Positions 50,433-60,000 of a stretch of 60,000 nt of DNA are shown here, piece by piece. Where the stretch lies: positions 64,358,001 through 64,418,000 of the forward strand of contig CM059432.1 in assembly GCA_030390025.1 (NCBI GenBank), written 5' to 3'. The notes beneath the pieces were generated by a model that had not been told where the DNA came from, did not search any database, and worked only from the letters and a program-made list of their open reading frames with translations. This DNA comes from Squalus acanthias (taxonomy: Eukaryota). Each line of letters opens with the position of its first letter. Positions within the stretch are counted from its first letter, which is position 1. The position numbers and the translations under genes were made by a program.

Positions 50433-51608
50433 GTAAGTAACATCCTTTTGTTTCAAAAATGTTAATAATTGATGTCCGATACCTTCGTTATTTAGAATGA
50501 ATGGTAGCTACTTTTTGTGTTAGTACATTCATTTTACCAGATTTATTGTGAAACTCGTCAATTTTTTATGAATCAGTGCCCAAAACAGTTCAGTATGTTG
50601 AATACTGTCTCAATCTGCAGGAGAGAAAATATAAGGTATACTTTTGAGATTCAGACGATGATATCCTCGTGCCTCCATGGCAACTTGGAGAATAAAACAC
50701 AGCATGTGTGAAAATGACAGCAAGCATGCATGAGCACAAGGCAGCAACTAAGCACACAGTTTATTCATATGACATTAATAAATGTCAATGTGAGCTTTAC
50801 ATTTGTAAAATATATTTGTTTGTTAAAAGAGTTTCTTGGTTCATTGAAGATTAAGCATAAATTGGCTTTCTGCCTTATTCCAGTCTTCAGCTCCATGTAG
50901 AATTCTTCCCCAATGCTTGACTCACTGCTATAAATATTATTATTTTTTGCTGGACATCAAAGCTACTATTGAAATGCACCAGAAGGCTGAACAAGACTTG
51001 AGGGAGGGAATCTACACACAGCACTAAGACAGGAATCAGGCAGCGACCCATTTCATCATTTATATTAGGGTAGATTTTGAGAGACCCAGGAGGCTAAATT
51101 GGGCTGTGTAGCGCCTGTTTTTTAGGCACTACGCAGCCACCTAACGCTCAAAAACGGGATCCGAGATGTGTGCTCACACTTCCGACGGGAAGTGCGTCAG
51201 ACGTCATCTTGATAAAGGGGTTTGCGCGCACGTGCACCTAACAATCACCGGCAGCATGCAGAGCAGGCAGATCATGATGCAATTTAGCGTGAAATGCTGA
51301 TTTGATGCCAGTGCTGCCATTTTCCAACGGCACACTCCAGCCAACGCTCTGTCTTAACCTCGCACAGCTGAACACAGCGTTAAACGGAATGAAGGCCCCC
51401 CCACCCACCAGCGATATTTAAAGGGATCATGAACTACTTACAGGTCAGTTGCTGGGTTATTTCTTCTGGCTGCCGCTGCAATTGTACATATTTTGTAGCT
51501 TTGCTATTTTGGCTAAAGTTCGAATAGTCTACAGGGAGTGGTTTAGCTGTTGCTGAAGTACATCGTTGTTCATTTAAAAGCTTGTGCTGAAACAAGTTGC
51601 TTCCAGAC

Positions 51609-52797
51609 ATGGGTGGCCTGGTAGGGCTTCCTTTAGGAATTAAACATGACTGAAAGAATAAAGAGAGGTCACGCAGAGCAGGACAAGCTGCTAGAAGAGG
51701 GAGGAGGAGGAGGGGGAGAAGGGCTCTCAGCCGGAGGCCATACCCGCGGAAGGTTTTCGGGAGCAATTAGCTTAACTCAACTTCAGCGATGTCCAATGCA
51801 TGAGACATCTTCTCTTCAAAAAAGAGGTCATGACTGAAATCTGCCAACTGCTGCAGCCACAACTGCAACCTCAAAGTAGGGCAAGGATAGCATTGCCTGT
51901 GGCTGTCCTGGTGACCGTGGCTCTTAACTTTTTTGCATTTAGCTCCTTCCAGGCTACTGCTGGAGATATAAGCAACATCTTGCAGTTTGCAGTGCATTGC
52001 TGCAAAGGGAGGTCACTGAGGCTCTCTATACACAGAGAAACAGTTTAATCTCAATCCCTCTTGCCAGAGACAAGCAGGTGGAGCGAGCACAAGGCTTTGC
52101 ATGGATTGTAGGCTTCCCCATGGTGCAGGGTGCCATTGATTGCACGCACATTGCCTTGCGTGCACCTGGTGTGAACTTGGCTATTTTCATGAAGCGAAAG
52201 GGATTTCACTCACTCAATGTGCAGCTGGTGTGTGACCACAGGTAGTGCATCATGCAGGTGAATGCCCATTATCCTGGCAGCAGTCATGATTCCTTCATTC
52301 TGCGGCAGTCCTCTGTGCCATCTGTATTTGACCCAGCACGGCAAGTCACAGGCTGGCTACTGGGCGACAAGGGTTATCCACTCATGACGTGGCTCATGAC
52401 TTTGGTTCCGAACCTATGTACACGTGCGCAGCAGTCATACAATGAGAGCCATGCTGCCACAAGGAACATTATAGAGCACACCATTGGCTTCCTCAAACAA
52501 TGCTTGCGCTGCCTGGACCGCTCTGGAGGAGTCCTGCAGTACTCAGCTGAGCGGGTATCAAGATTTATGGTAATATAATGCATACTGCACAACCTCGCCA
52601 TTATCAGGGACCAGCCCTTGCTACCACCTATCAGGCGAGGAGCTGAGGAGCAGGAGCACAAGAAAGAGGAGGAGGAGGAGGAAGAGGAAATACAAGAGGA
52701 AGTGGAGGAACAGGAAGAGGAAGGGAGGCTACAATGTGGACAGCCCCTTTCTGCCCGGGATCTATGTGATTAAATAATTCATGAGCGATACCAGTAA
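51609..52797 (+). pseudogene. Harbinger (HARBI1-like) DDE transposase, disrupted
   Basis: [67 protein letters not shown], poly-Glu tail. Confidence 0.93.
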
Positions 52798-52979
52798 CCT
52801 CAACCACAACTCCCCATTCACCAACAGTCCCACACTCCTTACCTTTCCTCAATCACTGTTCATCACATCGTCCTCTTTCTGACAACACAAAAATAAAAAC
52901 TACCAGAAAGTGCACATTCTGTTCCAATTTTATAAATTCAATCATGACATAATTCATACAAAAATAAACTAATCACCCT

Positions 52980-55254
52980 TTACATTCGCTTAGTGCCTGT
53001 CTTCTGTGTGTGTTTCCCTATCCTAGTGCTCCTATGAGGTGCTTCCCCAGTGGCTGCAGCATGGGTGGTGGAAGGCTGCTGACCTTCAATTGAGGAGACT
53101 GCAGATGGCCTTGGAGGGCGACCTTGAGCAGCTGTGGGCCTAGAAGGGCCGGCTTCAGACTGCACCATCTCGGTCTGGGCTGAAGCAGTCTGGGCTGGCT
53201 GGCTGACATAGTGGCATAGTGGTTAGCACTGGTGCCTCACAGCGCCAGGGACCCGGGTTCGAATCTGACCTCGGGTGACTGTCTGTGTGGAGTTTGCACA
53301 TTCTCCCCGTGTCTGCGTGGGTTTCCTCCGGGTGCTCCGGTTTCCTCCCACAGTCCAAAAATGTGCGGGTTAGGTTGATTTGGCTATGATAAATTGACCC
53401 TTAGTGTTAGGGGGGGATTAAATATGTGGGGTTATGGGGATAGGATGGGATATGTTAGGGGGAATTAAATACGTGGGGTTACGGGGGTAGGGTGGGATAT
53501 GTGTACTGTGGGGAATAAAGCAGGGACAGGGTACTGGGTTTGGATGATCAGCCATGATCGTATTGAATGGTGGAGCAGGCTCAACGGGCCAAATGGCCTA
53601 CTCCTGGTCCTAGATTCTATGTTTCTATGTTTCTATGACAGGCAACAGCAAGGGCACTGGTGGAGTGGCAAGGGTGGGAGCAGGAATGCTATCATCCTGA
53701 GAGGGGACAGCAGTTTTGTTCTCCAAGAAGCCACTGCCACTCTCCCGGGGCAGCGCCTCAACAATCCTAGAACAGATTGATGGACTGATGTGATGACCTG
53801 GAAGCCCCTTTGAACACTGGTATCCAGAGCCACGATGACAGCAGTCTGAGCTTCCACTACAGCACTCGGACCTTTGATGGAAGCTGTTTGTGCTGCAATG
53901 GAAGCTGTTATATTCGCCATGAGACGCTACATCATGGTGGGTTCCACAGGTGTGCTGATAGAGGTGACCACTCGTTGCATGTTGGAAAGGATGGGCTCCA
54001 AGATCTGCGTAAAGCCCTGTGCCAAATTGGTGCTGGATTCCTCCATGCTCCTTGACATTGTGCGCAGGCTTTCTAGCAGGCTTTCCAGTGCACCAAGCAT
54101 TTGGTTGTGTGCACCCATCAGCCTTCTTCTGCCTGGCCCATCAATATCCTCATCTGACTCCTTTGCAGCAGAACTAGTGTGCGACCTCGCCCTCCGCCGA
54201 GCTGGCACCTGCGCTATCCTCACCCCCTGCCCAGGCTCATGTGCACTTGTGCCCGGTGTCTCACCGCATGTAGATCCTTTCTCTATCCTAGCCTCTATAA
54301 TTCGCGCAGCATCAGTCTCTGAGCTGGTGGCTGCAAATGTAAGATCAAGTGACAGTGTCTCTTCATCTTCACTGTCTTCTTCCTCTTCCTCCACTGACTG
54401 AGAAGGTTCCACTTCTTGAGTATCTGAACTGAAAAAGGAACAAGGGTTGGGTTGTGGTGAGGGGAGAGGAGAAAGTAAGAAGTGCGTGCTTACACCAGCA
54501 GCAGCTTCTCAGTCAGAAGAGACTGTGGGATGAGGGAAAAGTGGGAAGAGAGAAGGAGGATTAAGTATGCAGATACTCTCATCATTGATCCCTCCAGCCC
54601 CACCAGTGTAAACAGCCTCAGTGATGCCGCTTCCCATGATGGTCAGCACTGTCTCCTCCATAAGGGTTAAAACCTGCAGGTGTGCTTGTCCTCCTCCAGT
54701 TCTTTCTTGCTGCCTCCTGTTATGAGCTACTTTCTCCTGCAAGAAGGAGGAAAGTGTGCCAGTGAGTGTCGTGCAATATGTTTGGGTGATGTGGCTGTCA
54801 TGGTTGAATAGCTGCCAGTGTGTGCGAGCTGTGAGTTGTGGGTGCGAGGTTTGCAACAGTGCTAAGTGTGTGAGGGTAAGGTAAAGCATATGAGTTTTAG
54901 GGTTGAGTACTGATTGATAGAGATTGTTGGTCGATGGGTGATGGGGATATAGAGAATTGAGCAGTGGATAAGGCGCAGTTGGTAGGATATGCCATCTAAG
55001 ATGAACTCACTCACCTTGGCAACTCGTGTTAGATCGTTAATCTTCTTCCTGCACTGCATCCATATTCTTGGAGCTACACTCCTGGCACTGACCTCCGTCG
55101 CTACTTGTTCCCACTGCCTCCTGAGCATATGTCTGGAGGGCCTCCTGCCCGCCTGCAGATACAGGACATCTCTCCTTCTCTCCACCTCTTCCACCAAGAG
55201 CTCCAGTACAGTGTCTGAAAACCTTGGTGCTCGCTCTCTCGCATGTTCAGCCAT
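52980..55254 (-). pseudogene. Harbinger Myb/SANT-like protein gene (exons ~55015-55254, 54577-54736, 52980-54423), interrupted by a SINE
   Basis: MAEHARERAPRFSD...WEQVA.EV...R.WMQCRKKINDL, then EKVAHNRRQQERTGGG. Confidence 0.88.
53209..53635 (+). mobile_element. V-SINE (HE1-like) with a long CR1 3' tail, inserted in the Harbinger Myb exon 3
   Basis: A/B boxes and V-domain as at 34491, TGACA duplicated (53204-53208, 53636-53640), tail (tttctatg)n. Confidence 0.9.
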
Positions 55255-58200
55255 TTTTCAATGTATCAGAGCCCAGATTCAATTTTCAAAAAACTCCCAC
55301 TACTTCTTGCAGCCACAATGCACCTCCCCTTTAAGTAGCACTAGCCACTCACGATATCAGGCCGCCTGCTGATGCAGCAGCCAATGAACAGCGCTGGTAG
55401 TGCTAGCTGCACACAGCAAACATTTAAAAGAGCAGGCAGCACCAATTTAACATGCTACCTGCAACGCAATGAATGGGCGCGAGTTAGTCGCGTACTTCGA
55501 TCCCCATGCCCGTTTTCAGGGGTTAGCCAATTTAACCCCCATGTTGTGTGCCAAGGCCATGCGCTCAATGGCTGGCGATCACAAATTGCAGGTGCTCTGC
55601 CCAAAATATTCCACATATGTATGCCCACAATTTTGCAATGTATATCTCTAGCATGCGAGGTCCTGCCAAAGGTGCATCTTCTACATATTCCCTAGCAGTG
55701 AGATTGCTGCCTGTGTAATGGAATTTGAGGAGCTAAGACACTCCTGTAATTTTTCTTCTACATACTTCCTAAAATATTTATTTTTTGTTCCAATCAACTG
55801 GTTCATATGGTTATGCCGGCCGGGTGTCTGACGTGTGCAGATCTCCAAATCAAGGCACTGAGGAATCTACACCTGCCTTCAGGGTTAAGGACCACTGGTT
55901 AGGTTGTGTTGCTGCAAGCTCCAAATACTTTTAACCAATTTCACGAACAGGTCTGGAAATAGGTGCAGATGCTCATTTCTATATTGAAATGAGATCTGCG
56001 TCCATGTCAGTAGCCCAACATGGCCATCTAAAAAAAGGTCTGACCAAATGTTTCAGTGACCCAGGCGCAGGTGCAATTCAGGTGTGGGTTTCCCCCTGCT
56101 AAATTTGTCATTGTTGCACCCGTTTTACGCCCGCTAAATGAACACAACAATATTCAATTTAGAGCTCAACGTTTCTGTCACCATCTTGAAGAAGCTTTGA
56201 GACAATTCTCAGTTCAAACAGAAATCCATTCAACTGTCTTATAAATGGCCTGTGGTTGAGGTGAATATCATTAACAAAACTAATAGGCTCACTGATTAAG
56301 CACACAAGATAAAATGGAAGCCTCAATGGAGATGCATCACTAATTGACCCATAATAGATGTATTGTCCACCCAACCAGGTATAAAACATGTTAGAACAGC
56401 TGGCACATAGACCAAAATGGGATCGCTAATAGGAATGAGCTTTGAATTGGAACTAATACCCTCCTTGTAACACAAAGCCATTTCAAGAATAAGTGGTCTG
56501 TAATACTTTAGGTTCCCATTGTCCCTTTCATATTACCAGGCAAATTCCATTGCACCAGAACAATAGACCAAGAACTCTACATGCACAATTGTTTGAAATT
56601 GTTGGTTTGAGTTTACTTATTGTCACTGGACCTTCCCCAATGGTGGTTCTCCCTTTGTTGGCAGAGTTCATATTAATCAAGCAGGGGAATTGCTGTCTTT
56701 AGAGGTGCCCATTGAACCCATCTGTTCAACACCACAGCCTCACTTACCTTACTTGCCAAAGTCAGTACTGCTTTCAGATGCAACATCGCATCACTTGTAT
56801 GATTAAATGATACCTGGTTCTATTTGCTATTCAGCTTCCTAGCCAAAATAATGTTTGCCAAATAATTTTTGCAAGAAAACAGTAGCACTTTAGAAAATAA
56901 TTGTACGCACACATCTACCAAATGACAATTTTCTGACTTGTGTTTTCTAATCTCTGTCTCTATATTTGATATTCTTATTGTTTATCTTTGTTTGGAACAG
57001 ATACTATTTCAAATGTAGGTGTTCTTTTGGTTGGTTTTCTTTGAGTGTTAACTATTCACAGTCTTGTAGTTTCTCCATTGTGACATTTTCTATTTCCCAT
57101 ACCAGCTTAGAGTCTCTCTGGGTGAGGTTGCCAATTTATTGATTAATTATGGGTAGGTTTAGATGTTTATCTGCAAGGTTTGAGAATTGGGCTGTGGCTG
57201 CCCAGATTTATTTCATTTCACAGTTGGCACAGAGGAAAGTTTTGATCAAAGCTTTCAGAGGTGTAAGGACAGTATGTTAACCCGTTGGAGCACCCAATTT
57301 CCTCACGCTATCGACTTGGAATTGCACTGCATGGTTGTTGTAGGTTTCATGTCTGCCGTAGATATTCTTTCAGGTACCATGGTACTGGTTACTCCATAAG
57401 CAATCCAAGTGTGCCCATACTCCCCAAAATCTAATTATATGACAGCGTAACCTGGACTGTAACAATAGGAGGCCTTGCATTCTGATATAGATATCATATT
57501 TTTAACACGTGCTGTCATGTGCAATTCTCCAATCTTTCCAAAAGATGGACTGAAGCACTTTAGTGAGACAAGGCCAGATACAAAGCATTAAGCTGCTTAT
57601 TTTACAGATAAGTGAACGTACAGAGTGACAGGTGCAGTCAAATCTCACCTCAATTCAATTAACGACAGAACAATCCTCGAGAAGAAAAATTTAAAAAAAA
57701 CACCAAACTCTCCCTATTAGTGGTCTCACTTAACTTGTCAGCCTAGCAATTCCTGACTGGTTCTGGCCTTGAGATGAGTGTTTCCCCTCGCTAGGCCAGG
57801 ATTCATCTTCAGATCTAGCTGACCGACTGACTATGTGTCTCTTTGTCCATTTTTTCTGTGCACCCAGCCAGTGGGAGGGCTGTCACTCTGACTTCTTCCA
57901 CGTTTAATGATTTACTAATAGGCCTGTCAATAAAATTTGTAACTTCTCCTACCTCCGTGGGGTGCGGGTTTAAAGAAAATATTACCTGTACTTCTCAAAA
58001 TGAATAGAGGACATCCTGGTTAAATAGCCCTAGGATGAGACAGTATGAAATAAACTGTGAGCCACCACATTCCACAAATTGGCTCATCTGACTTTAATGC
58101 ATATCTTCAATGCCTGCAACCTGTGGTTTTATTTTAAACAACCTGTGCAAATAACTTTGTTTTTAAACACAAAACTTAAACATAGCACATTTTCAAATCC

Positions 58201-58442
58201 TTTCTGTGAAGAAAATAAAATCAAAGATCACTAAATATAACAGAAATATTAGCAATGAATGATTTATGTGTCCATTTGTTTAGCCATTATTTTAACAGAA
58301 GCTTTAACTCATGCATTTTGAACAGTTTTAAACTTTGGTTAAGATAATGTATGAAAAAAATGTTAAAAATTGGTTAACTTTGTTGCTCATATCTCACAGC
58401 ACAGGTTCAAACCCTATACCTTTTATACATTGTAAGCTAATA

Positions 58443-59318
58443 AGAACATAAGAAGTAAGAGCAGGAGTAGGCCATATGGCCCCTCGAGCCTGCTCCACCA
58501 TTCAATAAGATCATGGCTGATCATCGACCTCAACTCCACTTTCCCGCCCGATCTCCATATTCCTTTATTCCCCTAGAGTCCAAAAATCTATCTATCTCAG
58601 CCTTGAATATACTCAAAGACTCAGCATTCACAGCCCTCTGGGGCAGAGAATTCCAAAGATTCACTACCCTCTAAGTGAAGACATTCCTCCTCATCTCAGT
58701 CTTAAATGGCCTACCCCTTATCCTGAGACTATGTCCCCCAGTTCTAGACACTCCAGCCAGGGGAAACAACCTCTCAGCATCTACCCTGTCAATCCCCTTC
58801 AGAATCTTGTATGTTTCAATGAGATCACCTCTCATTCTTCTAAACTCCAGAGAGTATAGGCCCATTCTACACAATCTCTCATCATAGGACAGCCCTCTCA
58901 TCCCAGGAATCAATCTAGTGAACCTTTGTTGCACCGCCTCCAAGGCAAGTATATCCTTCCTTAGATAAGGAGACCAGAACTGTGCATAGTACTCCAGGTG
59001 TGGTCTCACCAAGGCCCTATACAATTGTAGCAAGACTTCCTTACTCTTATACTCCAACCCCCTTGCAATAAAGGCCAGCATGCCATTTGCCTTCCTTATT
59101 GCTTGCTGTACCTGCATGCTAGCTTTCTGTGTTTCTTGCACGAGGACACCCAAATCTCTCTGAACACCAACATTTGAAAGTTTCTCACCATTTAAAAAAT
59201 ATTCTGTTTTTCTATTCTTCCTACCAAAGTGAATAACCTCACATTTCCCTGCATTATACTCCATCTGCCACCTTACTGCCACTCACTTCGTCTATCTATA
59301 TCCCTTTGCAGACTCTTT
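58443..59318 (-). mobile_element. CR1 LINE 3' portion
   Basis: ORF 58671-59282 (KCEVIHFG...RPHLEY.AQFWSP...RRMRGDLIE), CR1 tail at 58443. Confidence 0.93.
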
Positions 59319-60000
59319 GGGCTGGATTTTGAATGACCCATGGAGTCGGGTTTGGAGGCGTGTGGGGGGTTAAATTTGCGGGGTCGGGGTTTCCGACCCC
59401 ATCCCGCCTCCACGCAATTTTGACAAAATCAGTCGCGGGGTTCCCGACTCCGTCCCGCCTCCAAGAGGTGGGAGAGGCCATTAAAGCACTTAACAAGCCC
59501 TAAATTGGGTCTGTAATGCTATTTTGAAACATTTTAGCTAGTTTAACCCTTTTCTGACGTGAAGCACGCCTGGTGTGAAACACTCCAGTGAAACCTGGTG
59601 GGAGCACAAGTGGCTAGCTGACTATCGGCTGCAGGTCCACTATTACAACAGAGATGTAATGAAGGTAGTAGTAGTATTAGGTGTGAAAGTCGCCTCTCAT
59701 ACTGCTACATTCAATGTCATGGCATTTGGTGTAAGAGGTTGGATGCAAAAAAAATCTCTCTCTCTCTCTCTCTTATTTGCATTTACAACAGAAGCAATGC
59801 AGACAGGTCCTCTCTCACCAGTAGCCAGACAATCTCTGAGAGCAATCTCTGACCTGCAATGATGACATCATCAGAGGCGACTTTCAGACTGAAACCACTA
59901 ATTAGTTCATGGGTTCCCACATGCTGCAACTCAATTGCCCAATTAAGTGAAAATTGCATCAGGCATCCACATTAATCTGGAGTCGGGAGGGAAACACGAA
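59319..60000. mobile_element. Non-autonomous Harbinger derivative running off the window end
   Basis: Starts GGGCTGGATTTT (same TIR as 16662-20031). 59860-59990 is homologous to the subterminal region 19865-19970. Confidence 0.78.

Larger units (their letters stand above)
51089..55540. mobile_element. Decayed full-length PIF/Harbinger transposon (transposase on +, Myb/SANT on -)
   Basis: TIRs GGAGGCTAAATTGG / CCAATTTAACCCCC, two convergent genes, TSD not clearly retained. Confidence 0.92.

Overview
Eukaryotic genomic DNA, most likely from a cartilaginous fish (shark or ray), judged from V-SINE/HE1-like, DeuSINE-like and CR1 repeats. The only host gene I can support is gamma-1-syntrophin (SNTG1, + strand). 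Two coding exons lie in the window: MDFRTAAEE at 12297-12323 and TKTGICLLQDG...FYSS at 50298-50432, separated by a ~38 kb intron. Most other recognisable features are transposon-derived. There are five decayed PIF/Harbinger elements with a 3-exon Myb/SANT partner gene; four also retain a convergent HARBI1-type transposase. There are about ten Harbinger MITEs (several with exact 3-bp TSDs), many CR1 LINE pieces including one near full-length copy, an RTE fragment, SINEs and a minisatellite. Highlights: (1) an APE-RT LINE whose 5' end appears to be a tRNA-Thr-derived SINE-type head; (2) minimal hammerhead-ribozyme motifs in a Penelope element and in a short palindromic Penelope-derived insertion; (3) a near-identical inverted CR1 pair bracketing the SNTG1 exon; (4) several nested insertions that give a relative insertion order. 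I see no CRISPR or prokaryote-type system. All calls are by eye, with no database searches.
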